34,876 nucleotides of DNA from Candidatus Zixiibacteriota bacterium. GTDB taxonomy: Bacteria; Zixibacteria; MSB-5A5; UBA10806; 4484-95. The DNA lies in contig JAOZPT010000023.1 of NCBI GenBank assembly GCA_029932605.1, forward strand, positions 1-34,876. Direction: 5' to 3'. Both the position numbers and the translations under genes were made by a program. Below, piece by piece: positions 17,684-26,505 of this stretch. A model generated the notes under the pieces. That model had not been told where the DNA came from. It did no database searches and saw only the letters and a list, made by a program, of their open reading frames with translations. Each line of letters begins with the position of its first letter. Position 1 is the first letter of the stretch.

Positions 17684-17972
17684 AATCAATACCCGTAAAG
17701 GTTTATTCTATTCAAATTTTTTTGATATGACCATGTTTTTTTTGGTAGAGACGAGCTCTACCCATACTGGCAACCGGGTTATGGTTGTGCGTTTTTTATT
17801 AAAGCTTGCAAATGACATGATGAGACTATATATTCATGGCAATGTTATATATAATGTAGGATTAAGCCAGTTAGTGTTTTATGAGTGAACCAGGTTTAAG
17901 ACCGTTTGACCAGTTAACTATTCCTCAGATATTAATCCAGAGCCGCAAGCTTTTCGGGCCACGTATTGCTAT
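17542..17972. repeat. 431-bp inverted repeat, copy 2
   Basis: Reverse complement aligns to 163-593. Confidence 0.95.
17806..17834 (+). promoter_or_regulatory. Sigma70 promoter TTGCAA-N17-TATATT for the ligase operon
   Basis: Hexamers at 17806-17811 and 17829-17834; the copy-1 equivalent -35 reads TCGCAA. Confidence 0.6.
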
Positions 17973-19617
17973 GAGATATCATGATGGCAACGGATTTCAG
18001 GCTATCACTTATGATGATTTCTATCGTATGGTGATGCAGGTTGTATCGGCATTGGTTAAAGCGGGAGTTAAAAAAGGCGATAAAATTTGTATTTTATCGG
18101 AAAATCGTCCTGCCTGGGGAGCTACCTATTTTGCCTCGCTTTTTTTAAAAGCTGTTAATGTTCCCCTGGATACTTTGCTCAAGCCTCATGAGTGGGGCTA
18201 CATAATCAGGAATTCAGAAACGAATATAATCGTTACTTCAAATAAATATTTTCCCGAGATTGAACCATTGAAAGATGAAATAGATACTTTAAAGACTGTG
18301 CTCTCGATGGATTCTGGCAATAACAACGCTGATTACCTTTTTGCCGATGATAATCCTGAAGAGGTCACTCCAGCAGATGTTGGTCTTGATGATATCGCCG
18401 TCATTATTTATACTTCGGGTACAACCGGTTTAGCTAAAGGGGTTATGCTTTCCCACGGTAACATCACCAGTGATATCCAGGCTACTTTAAAAGTATTGGA
18501 GTTATACCCAACTGATAATTTTTTATCATTATTACCGATTCATCATACCTTTGAATGCACTTGCGGTTTTTTGGTTCCGTTAGCCAGCGGAGCGGCTATA
18601 ACTTATGCCAGAGGACTGGCCTCCAAGCAAATTGTTGAGGATATTAAGAACAGCAAAGCCACTATTATGTTGGGTGTGCCGCTTTTGTTTGAGAAGATGT
18701 ATGCCAGTTTGACAAAGGCGATACTTAAAAAACCACTTTTTACAAGGGTTGTAATTAAGGCGACTTACGGGTTATCCGGGCTTGTAAAGAAAACCATCAA
18801 TGTTGAGGCAGGTAGCAAGCTGTTTTATGGATTGCGTGATAAAGCAGGAATGTCATCGCTGAGATTGATGGTATCAGGTGGTGCGCCCATGTCACCTAAA
18901 GTTGCCAAAGCCCTCAATTGCCTTGGCTTCCGGATAATTCAGGGTTATGGCCTTACCGAATCCTCACCCGTATTGACTTTAAACCCGATAGATAAGTATA
19001 AAAACGACTCCGTTGGCAAGGCTTTACCGGGGGTTAAAATGAAGGTTGTTGATGCTAACGAGCAGGGTGTCGGCGAGATTGTTGCTTGTGGTCCGATGAT
19101 TATGAAAGGTTATTATAATAACGACAAAGCTACGAGTGAAATACTTAAGGACGGCTGGTTGTATACAGGTGATTTGGGTTGGGTTGATGATGATGGGTAT
19201 TATTATATAACCGGAAGGTTAAAAAATTTAATCGTCACCACGGGTGGCAAGAATGTTTATCCGGAGGAAGTAGAAAGCGTTTTAAACAAGTCTCCCTATA
19301 TTTTGGAATCACTTGTTTTAGGTAGGCCTTTTGAGGATTTAAAAAGAGGAGAGGAAATCGAGGCTATTGTTGTGCCCGACCTGGAATATTTTAGTGACCG
19401 AGCCGCTGAGAAGAAGGTTACCTTGACCGAGAAATATATTGAAGATACTATTAAGCTTGAGGTTGCCAGGCAGTGTGAACTATTGTCTAATTATAAGCGT
19501 GTAAAGTATGTAACAATTCGGGAGGAGGATTTTGAAAAAACCTCGACTAAAAAGATTAAAAGATACCTCTACCATCATAAACGTGTAACGGTGCCGACAG
19601 GCCAAAGCAAAAGGTAA
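17881..19617 (+). CDS. Long-chain fatty acid-CoA ligase (AMP-dependent synthetase)
   Basis: IIYTSGTTGLAKG, QGYGLTE, GWLYTGDLG, GGKNVYPEEVE. Confidence 0.92.
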   Translation: MSEPGLRPFDQLTIPQILIQSRKLFGPRIAMRYHDGNGFQAITYDDFYRMVMQVVSALVKAGVKKGDKICILSENRPAWGATYFASLFLKAVNVPLDTLLKPHEWGYIIRNSETNIIVTSNKYFPEIEPLKDEIDTLKTVLSMDSGNNNADYLFADDNPEEVTPADVGLDDIAVIIYTSGTTGLAKGVMLSHGNITSDIQATLKVLELYPTDNFLSLLPIHHTFECTCGFLVPLASGAAITYARGLASKQIVEDIKNSKATIMLGVPLLFEKMYASLTKAILKKPLFTRVVIKATYGLSGLVKKTINVEAGSKLFYGLRDKAGMSSLRLMVSGGAPMSPKVAKALNCLGFRIIQGYGLTESSPVLTLNPIDKYKNDSVGKALPGVKMKVVDANEQGVGEIVACGPMIMKGYYNNDKATSEILKDGWLYTGDLGWVDDDGYYYITGRLKNLIVTTGGKNVYPEEVESVLNKSPYILESLVLGRPFEDLKRGEEIEAIVVPDLEYFSDRAAEKKVTLTEKYIEDTIKLEVARQCELLSNYKRVKYVTIREEDFEKTSTKKIKRYLYHHKRVTVPTGQSKR

Positions 19618-19624
19618 GGATAAG

Positions 19625-20707
19625 ATGAACTATGGTGTGATATTAGCAGGTGGTAAGGGTGAGAGGTTCTGGCCGCTATCAACGCGTGAACATCCAAAAC
19701 AACTGTTGAAACTTACCTCAAATAAGTCAATGCTTCAGGAAACGATAGACCGATTGGAGGGATTTATCTCACTGGATAAGATTTTAGTGGTTACCGGAGC
19801 AGAACTTGAGGAGAAAATCCTCGATGATGTTAAAAGCCTAACCGCAAAGAACCTTTTACTTGAACCTCAGGGGAAAAACACCTGTCTGGCGCTTGCTTTT
19901 GCCGCTCTGCATATAAATCGCCAGGACCCTGATGGTATCATGGTGGTGCTATCCTCAGATCATTTGATTCAGCAAAAAGAGCAACTTATAAGAATACTCG
20001 ATGCCTCTGCAAAACTTGCCTCACAGAATGGTCAACTTATAACGATAGGAATAATACCCAGCCGGGCTGAAACAGGTTATGGTTATATCGAGATGGGGCC
20101 CAAGGTGACTGAGATAAATGGTATAAAATTTTATGATGTCATGAGGTTTAAGGAAAAACCGGAGAGGCCTAAAGCTCAGGAATATTATCTTGATCGTAAA
20201 CATCTCTGGAATTCCGGTATGTTCGTCTGGAGCGTAAAAACATTTCTTGAAGCAATTGAAAAGCATATGCCTGAAATGCACTCATGTCTCAAGGAATATG
20301 ATGCCAGCCTGGAATCATCAACCGAAAACAAGGCGGTTGAGCATCTGTACCAAAAGTGCGAGAACATATCTGTTGATTTTGCGATTTTTGAGAAAGCCGA
20401 TAACGTGTTATGCGTAAAGGGTGATATAAGATGGGATGATGTCGGTTCATGGCTTGCTCTACAGAGAATTCATACTCCAAATCGTGATGGCAATGTCACC
20501 ATTGGCGAGGTTGTTCTCGAATCGAGTTTTGAAAATACCGTGGTAAATGACACGGGAAAGGGTCTGATAGTTGGTTTTGGTGTGTCGGATCTTGTAATTG
20601 TCCAGACAGATAAGATAGTTATGGTTACTCATAAGACCCGAGCGAACGATATAAAAGAACTTCTAAGCAAGTTTGAGGAAAATGAAAAATATCAGCAGTA
20701 CCTTTAG
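19625..20707 (+). CDS. manC: Mannose-1-phosphate guanylyltransferase (no PMI cupin)
   Basis: ILAGGKGERFWPLS..HPKQ, ETGYGYI, FKEKP, WNSGMF, WDDVGSW. Confidence 0.93.
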   Translation: MNYGVILAGGKGERFWPLSTREHPKQLLKLTSNKSMLQETIDRLEGFISLDKILVVTGAELEEKILDDVKSLTAKNLLLEPQGKNTCLALAFAALHINRQDPDGIMVVLSSDHLIQQKEQLIRILDASAKLASQNGQLITIGIIPSRAETGYGYIEMGPKVTEINGIKFYDVMRFKEKPERPKAQEYYLDRKHLWNSGMFVWSVKTFLEAIEKHMPEMHSCLKEYDASLESSTENKAVEHLYQKCENISVDFAIFEKADNVLCVKGDIRWDDVGSWLALQRIHTPNRDGNVTIGEVVLESSFENTVVNDTGKGLIVGFGVSDLVIVQTDKIVMVTHKTRANDIKELLSKFEENEKYQQYL

Positions 20708-21191
20708 TATGTTATTAGCCATTTTTCTTTTTTTAAATGGATGTAGTGCTAATGTATCCCGTTTTAAAACGGTTAAAGACAAACGCACCGATGCGGAACA
20801 TCGCTTTGATCCGTTAAGCTTTCCCGGTGATGCTGCCGTTATTACCGGGCAAAAAACTCTTTCTGATAGGCAGTCCCAATTAGAACAACCAGCCACACAA
20901 TTTACTCAACAGGAGATTTCCCCTTCCGATTCTATGGCTGTTACACAGAGAGATTCGTTATTGGTTTTATTCAGGGTTCAGGTCTTTGCCAGCAAGTCGC
21001 TTGATGAAGCCCAGCAGTTCGCTTGGGATATCGAGGCCCTGTTTCCCGAGGGTGTATTTGTTGAATATCAGGTACCTTATTATAAGGTAAGGGTAGGCGA
21101 ATTTAGCAATCCCCAGGAGGGAGAGGAATTTCTTGAGCATGTCAAACAACTGGGATTTAAAAAAGCCTGGCTGACGAGAGTTATAAGATGA
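20682..21191 (+). CDS. SPOR-domain lipoprotein
   Basis: Lipobox LNGC; FRVQVFAS...PYYKVRVGEF...GFKKAWL. Confidence 0.85.
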   Translation: MKNISSTFSMLLAIFLFLNGCSANVSRFKTVKDKRTDAEHRFDPLSFPGDAAVITGQKTLSDRQSQLEQPATQFTQQEISPSDSMAVTQRDSLLVLFRVQVFASKSLDEAQQFAWDIEALFPEGVFVEYQVPYYKVRVGEFSNPQEGEEFLEHVKQLGFKKAWLTRVIR

Positions 21192-21805
21192 TAAAAACTG
21201 ATGACAGTGTCGATTTAAGCAAAGCTGTTAACATCTTAAGGCGCGGTGGAGTAATTTTATCTCCCACGGACACGGTTTGGGGTTTAATGTGTGATTTTGA
21301 AAACGCAAAGGCGGTAGGCCGTATCTTTAAAATAAAAAAGAGCAAGCCTAGGCCCATAGCCGTCTTGTGCGATAATTTTGAACGTATAGAACAACTTGAA
21401 ATTTGTTTTACTACCATTGGCCGAAGAATAGCCGAGTATTTCTGGCCTGGCCCGATAACAATTGTTTTAAAATCGAATTCCCGTCGTATAGGCTATGTTT
21501 CTGGAGAAAATAATACTATCGGTATCAGGGTTCCCGATTGCTTCGATTTAAAAGAACTAATCAGGGATTTTGGCAAGCCATTGGCAGCAACCAGCGCTAA
21601 TTATGCAGGGCAAAATCCACCACGTCTTTTAAGTGAGATACCGACTGAAGTAGTTTCAAAAACAGATTTCATATATGAGTTTAACATTAAACCTTCCGGA
21701 GTGAACTCGACAGTTATTGATTGCGTATCAGATAACTTTAAACTCATTCGTCAGGGAGCGGTAACCCGCGAAGATATTCAAAAAGTCTTGGGGATCTATG
21801 AGTGA
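21188..21805 (+). CDS. tsaC: L-threonylcarbamoyladenylate synthase (Sua5/YrdC family)
   Basis: PTDTVWGL, FWPGPITIVL, IGIRVPD, ATSAN, STVID. Confidence 0.9.
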   Translation: MIKTDDSVDLSKAVNILRRGGVILSPTDTVWGLMCDFENAKAVGRIFKIKKSKPRPIAVLCDNFERIEQLEICFTTIGRRIAEYFWPGPITIVLKSNSRRIGYVSGENNTIGIRVPDCFDLKELIRDFGKPLAATSANYAGQNPPRLLSEIPTEVVSKTDFIYEFNIKPSGVNSTVIDCVSDNFKLIRQGAVTREDIQKVLGIYE

Positions 21806-22292
21806 TATTTCTGAATTCAAGGTATTGTTTGTTTGTACTGGCAATACATGTCGTTCACCTATTGCCGAGGGTATAACGAGAAAACTTGCTTCAGAGAGAA
21901 AAGCCGATCACATTAAGGTGTGTTCGGCCGGCACTATTGCTTCTGATGGTTTACCGGCTACGGAATATGCCATTGAGGCCGCTCGTCACTGGGATGTAGA
22001 TATCTCGAATCACCGTTCTAAGCCGCTTGATAGAGAGTTGATCGGCGAGGCCGACTTGATACTGGCGATGGAAGGTGAACACATAAAAAGGATTACATCT
22101 ATTGACGGCTCGGCTTCATCGAGGTCTTATTTGCTGAAAGCGTTTCCTGAACCGTTTAAAACTGGTCAGGAACAGGTTGATGACCCTATTGGAGGAACCC
22201 TCGACCAGTACAACCAGACATTTCTGGAGCTTGACGAGGTTATACGTAAAATCTTCCCCCATATTATCAAAATGTCTCAGTCAAAAGGATAG
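21798..22292 (+). CDS. Low-molecular-weight protein phosphatase, YwlE-type (arginine phosphatase-like)
   Basis: P-loop VCTGNTCRS, DLILAME, DDPIG. Confidence 0.88.
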   Translation: MSDISEFKVLFVCTGNTCRSPIAEGITRKLASERKADHIKVCSAGTIASDGLPATEYAIEAARHWDVDISNHRSKPLDRELIGEADLILAMEGEHIKRITSIDGSASSRSYLLKAFPEPFKTGQEQVDDPIGGTLDQYNQTFLELDEVIRKIFPHIIKMSQSKG

Positions 22293-22296
22293 GTCG

Positions 22297-23223
22297 TTGG
22301 GCGGTTTTAAGATATTTACAACCATAAGTGTGTTTATATTTTTATCTCTTCAGTTTATATATGCAGAGACACAGGATAGTTTGCATAATATAATCGAAAG
22401 CGATGACATATTGTTGCCAAGTGAAGAGGGGTTGCAACCGGATACTTCAACTCCAGATTCAGCTTTTTTAGCCAGATCAGCGGATTCGAGCTGGTGGATA
22501 AGGAAGATAGAAAATCTGGCTTTTGGGTTAAACGAGTATCTGGAGTATTCCATTAACTATGGCATGCTTCCCGCAGGAAACGCTAAAATGTTCATACCTG
22601 AGTTGATCGAATACAATGGGGTGAAGTGTTACCGTGTGGTTTCCATTGCCTCCTCCAATGATTTTGTGTCTATGTTTTACAAGGTCCGTGACACGATCGA
22701 GACATATATAGATGTTGATGGAATATTCACCCATTATTTTCATAAGCTTTTACAAGAAGGTGGATACAAGGCCAATAAGACCACCATTTTCAACCAGCGA
22801 CTCCATTTAGCTATCACCGGTAAAGATACTATCCCGACTTATCCATTTGTCCAGGATGCCTTATCATCTCTTTATTATATACGTACACAGAAGATTGAAC
22901 CAGGAGTTGATATAATGATTGATAACCACACCGACGGGAAGAATTATCCCTTAAAAGTTATCGTTCACGGTCGGGAACGGGTTAAAGTACCTGCAGGAGA
23001 ATTCGACTGCATAGTAGTCGAGCCGGTTATGCGTTATGAGGGGATATTTAAGGCTAAAGGTGCCATTAGAATCTGGTTGACTGATGATGAGTTCAAGGTT
23101 CCGGTTAAAATGCAAACGGAGGTTTTTTTCCTGGGCTCGATAATAGCTAAACTAAAAAAGTTTGAGCGTGGAATATTGCTCGAGGAGCTTAAGATATCTG
23201 ATGAAGATGCCAGCAAAGAATAG
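22297..23223 (+). CDS. Exported DUF3108-like protein
   Basis: TTG 22297 gives a signal peptide; FYKVRD, QDALSSLYYIR, VKVPAGEFDC, IWLTDDEFKVPVK. Confidence 0.75.
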   Translation: MGGFKIFTTISVFIFLSLQFIYAETQDSLHNIIESDDILLPSEEGLQPDTSTPDSAFLARSADSSWWIRKIENLAFGLNEYLEYSINYGMLPAGNAKMFIPELIEYNGVKCYRVVSIASSNDFVSMFYKVRDTIETYIDVDGIFTHYFHKLLQEGGYKANKTTIFNQRLHLAITGKDTIPTYPFVQDALSSLYYIRTQKIEPGVDIMIDNHTDGKNYPLKVIVHGRERVKVPAGEFDCIVVEPVMRYEGIFKAKGAIRIWLTDDEFKVPVKMQTEVFFLGSIIAKLKKFERGILLEELKISDEDASKE

Positions 23224-24142
23224 AGTTAATCTGGGGGCAATTAAAAGGTATTCAATTAAGAACAGGAAAGCCAAAGCAGATGTCAGGTTGTTTTCCGGAA
23301 AACTTAAATCGATAAAACCGTTTTTTGATGCTCTACCCGGTTTTCTTAAGGCTGCCGACCTGAAGAGCCTTGCAAAAGATATGATTGATGCTCGAAGGCG
23401 CGGTAAAGGTATTATCTGGATGATGGGAGCCCATACCTTGAAAGTGGGGTTATCACCTGTTATAAATGAACTTTTAAGAACAGGGTATATAACTCATCTG
23501 GCTTTAAATGGTGCTGTTGTCATTCACGATACAGAGATAGCTTTCTGGGGCAAAACCTCTGAGGATGTTTCGGAGACTCTAACCGATGGTTCGTTTGGTA
23601 TGGTCAGGGAGACACCTGTTTATCTGGCTGAGGCGTTGACTGTTTCGGGCGAAGATATGGGCATTGGTGAAGCCGTTGGTAAATATATAACGTGTAAAAA
23701 ACCTAAATATGTATTGTATTCGGTGCTGGCGCAGGCTTATCGAAAAAAAGTACCAGTGACGGTTCATATCGGAATCGGCACTGATACTATCTGCCAACAC
23801 CCGGAGTTTGATGGGGGTTTATGGGGTGAAAAAAGTCATCTGGATTTTAAAATTTTAGCGGAAAGTATAAGAAGTATCAATCGAGGTGGTGTTATCATCA
23901 ATTTTGGTTCAGCAGTTATTCTTCCTGAAGTATTCTTAAAGGCTCTGACCGTAGCCCGTAATATATTTGGAGATATATCAAATTTTTCTGCTGCCAATTT
24001 TGATATGATCCAGCACTATCGCCCAAATGAGAATGTAGTAAATAGGCCAACAATAAGCGGGGGTAAAAGATATAGTTTTACAGGTCATCATGAAATCATG
24101 CTACCCCTGCTTGGGGCAGCTTTGAAATCGTTAAAAAGGTAA
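23201..24142 (+). CDS. Conserved protein resembling the deoxyhypusine-synthase-like fold
   Basis: WMMGAHTLKVGL, HLALNGAVVIHDTE, VTVHIGIGTD, NFGSAVILPEVFLKAL, GHHEIMLP; function unknown. Confidence 0.65.
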   Translation: MKMPAKNRVNLGAIKRYSIKNRKAKADVRLFSGKLKSIKPFFDALPGFLKAADLKSLAKDMIDARRRGKGIIWMMGAHTLKVGLSPVINELLRTGYITHLALNGAVVIHDTEIAFWGKTSEDVSETLTDGSFGMVRETPVYLAEALTVSGEDMGIGEAVGKYITCKKPKYVLYSVLAQAYRKKVPVTVHIGIGTDTICQHPEFDGGLWGEKSHLDFKILAESIRSINRGGVIINFGSAVILPEVFLKALTVARNIFGDISNFSAANFDMIQHYRPNENVVNRPTISGGKRYSFTGHHEIMLPLLGAALKSLKR

Positions 24143-24151
24143 GAGGCGAGT

Positions 24152-25678
24152 ATGGCAAGAATTGTTGAGTGTGTACCAAATTTTTCAGAGGGACGTCGGC
24201 CTGAGGTAATTGGTGAAATCATTCGCGCAATCGAGGCGGTGCAGGGAACAACCCTTCTTGATATAGAGATGGATAAAGACCACAATCGGGCGGTTGTTAC
24301 ATTTGTTGGCGAGCCAGAAACGGTTGAGGAGGCCGCCTTTCAGGCAATAAAAAAAGCCTCTGAACTGATCGATATGGAAAAACATAGGGGTGAACACCCA
24401 CGCATGGGAGCCACTGATGTTTGCCCCTTTATTCCTGTTTCTGGCGTGACAATGAAAGCATGTATAGCAATAGCAAAAAAGCTTGGAGAGAGAGTCGGCA
24501 ATGAACTTCAGATACCGGTTTATCTTTACGAGGAAGCTGCTACTCGCCCCGACAGGGTAAATTTAGCTGATGTTCGCAAGGGCGAGTATGAGGGTATCCG
24601 CGATGAGATCGCTACTGTTCCGGAGCGCAAACCCGATTTTGGACCATTGAAGACCCATCCTAAAGCAGGAGCCATAGCAATAGGTGTCCGCCGGTTCCTC
24701 ATCGCTTTTAATGTTTATCTGAATACTCAGAATTTGGATATAGCTAAAAGCATTGCCAATGCCATTAGATTTCAAACTGGTGGTTATCGCTATGTCAAAG
24801 CCATAGGTTTTGATATCAAAGAGCGTCGTCAGGTTCAGATTTCAATGAATCTTGTTAATTATCAGGGTACACCCATTTTCAGAGTCTATGAAACGATTAA
24901 ATCGGAGGCTAGACGTTATGGCGTGAATGTCGTTGGTTCTGAGATCGTGGGATTGACTCCACTTGAGGCGATAATCCAGGTAGCAGATTTTTATTTGGGG
25001 TTGGAGAACTTTTCATCCGAACAGATTCTCGAATCAAAATTAAAATCGCCAAAACTGGTGGCTAAAAATCTGATGAAGGAATTCATTGAACAGGTGCAAT
25101 CAAAAGAACCTACTCCCGGCGGAGGTTCGGTAGCAGCTTTAGTAGGAGCATTAGGTGCCGCTTTGGGGGAGATGGTTTGTCGTTTGACGATAATGAAAAA
25201 GCAGTATGCCAGTGTTAAGTCCGAATTCCAGGGTATCCGTAGGAAACTGGATATGTTACGCAATGAGTTAACATATTTGATTGAGAAGGATGCTCAGAGT
25301 TTCGATGCGGTGATGCTGGCCTCGAAAAAGCCGAAATACTCTGAACACGAGATAAAGGTGCGCAATGCCGCCATTGAGGAGGCAACGAAGATTGCAGCCA
25401 GCGTGCCTGTTGAGGTGATGGAAAAGACGATTGAGGTAATGGAGTTATTGCCAGACGTTGCCGAGAAGGGAAATGTAAATTCCGTTTCCGATGCCGGTGT
25501 GGCAAACCTTGTGGCAAAATCCGCTCTGGAGGGAGCAGCGTTGAATGTGAGAATTAACCTGGGAGGAATAAAAGATAAAAACTTTGTTGATGATCTGAGA
25601 AAACGTCTGACCAATCTTTTAAATCAAGGTACAGAACTATATGAAAAAACGAAATCAATAGTAGAAAGTAAATTATAA
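24152..25678 (+). CDS. ftcD: Fused glutamate formimidoyltransferase / formiminotetrahydrofolate cyclodeaminase
   Basis: VECVPNFSEGR, GEHPRMGATDVCPFIP; C-terminal PTPGGGSVAA, GNVNSVSDAGVA, GAALNVRINL. Confidence 0.95.
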   Translation: MARIVECVPNFSEGRRPEVIGEIIRAIEAVQGTTLLDIEMDKDHNRAVVTFVGEPETVEEAAFQAIKKASELIDMEKHRGEHPRMGATDVCPFIPVSGVTMKACIAIAKKLGERVGNELQIPVYLYEEAATRPDRVNLADVRKGEYEGIRDEIATVPERKPDFGPLKTHPKAGAIAIGVRRFLIAFNVYLNTQNLDIAKSIANAIRFQTGGYRYVKAIGFDIKERRQVQISMNLVNYQGTPIFRVYETIKSEARRYGVNVVGSEIVGLTPLEAIIQVADFYLGLENFSSEQILESKLKSPKLVAKNLMKEFIEQVQSKEPTPGGGSVAALVGALGAALGEMVCRLTIMKKQYASVKSEFQGIRRKLDMLRNELTYLIEKDAQSFDAVMLASKKPKYSEHEIKVRNAAIEEATKIAASVPVEVMEKTIEVMELLPDVAEKGNVNSVSDAGVANLVAKSALEGAALNVRINLGGIKDKNFVDDLRKRLTNLLNQGTELYEKTKSIVESKL

Positions 25679-26505
25679 TGCCTAGAGAATATATCGACCT
25701 TCATATTCATTCCAATGCCTCGGATGGTTTGTTATCCCCGCTTGAGATTGTAGAATTAGCGATGAAAAAGCATCTAAAAGCAATTGCCATAACCGATCAT
25801 GATACTACCGATGGTTTTGTTGAGGCTGTGGATTACGCAAATAAAAATGGTCTGGAACTGGTTGCCGGTGTCGAGTTGTCCTGTATGTATATGGATAATG
25901 ATGTTCATTTACTCGGATATTTAATCGATTACAGGAATCCCGAGTTTGTTAAAATAATCAAAAAATTCAGGCAGGAGAGATATGAGCGGGGAGAAGCGAT
26001 GGTAACTAAATTAAACGAACTGGGAATCAACATCAGGATGGATACGGTTACCGCCATCGCCGGTAAAGGTGCGTTAGGCCGTCCGCATCTTGCCGATGCC
26101 TTGGTAAAGGAGGAATTTGTACATACTTATGATGAAGCATTCGCTCGCTATATCGGATACCATGCTCCTGCCTATGTGCCCAAAATGAATCTTAATGTCG
26201 ACCATGCGATCGACCTTGTCCACCTTGTTAATGGGGTAGCAGTGCTGGCTCATCCGGGAACATTAAGGCATGATGAGTATATCGCGGATTTTGTTGATAT
26301 GGGTCTAGATGGAATAGAGGCTTACCATCATTTACATAATCGTAAAATGGTTGAACATTATAAAAGCATTGCTGAAAAATATGACCTCGTTTACACCGGT
26401 GGCTCGGATTGCCATGGGCCAAGAAAGGGGAAGATATTGATTGGAACGGTAAAAGTCCCTTATAAATGCCTGGAAAATTTAAAACGGGTTGTTAAATCAA
26501 GATGA
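25678..26505 (+). CDS. PHP-domain metallophosphoesterase (YciV/TrpH-like)
   Basis: DLHIHSNASDG, ITDHD, GVELS, GRPHLA, LAHP, GGSDCHG. Confidence 0.92.
   Translation: MPREYIDLHIHSNASDGLLSPLEIVELAMKKHLKAIAITDHDTTDGFVEAVDYANKNGLELVAGVELSCMYMDNDVHLLGYLIDYRNPEFVKIIKKFRQERYERGEAMVTKLNELGINIRMDTVTAIAGKGALGRPHLADALVKEEFVHTYDEAFARYIGYHAPAYVPKMNLNVDHAIDLVHLVNGVAVLAHPGTLRHDEYIADFVDMGLDGIEAYHHLHNRKMVEHYKSIAEKYDLVYTGGSDCHGPRKGKILIGTVKVPYKCLENLKRVVKSR

Noticed and set aside
17440..17880. Possible replication origin at the orientation switch
   Set aside because: No cluster of DnaA boxes or dnaA/dnaN nearby; the region is explained by the inverted duplication
17625..17888. 87-aa plus-strand ORF
   Set aside because: It is the antisense of the ECF stub and the duplicated promoter; no RBS or protein motif
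22177..22296. N-terminal extension of the DUF3108-like ORF (likewise at 437, 6708, 7423, 13797, 23162)
   Set aside because: Overlaps upstream genes or promoters; downstream starts give better RBS or signal peptides
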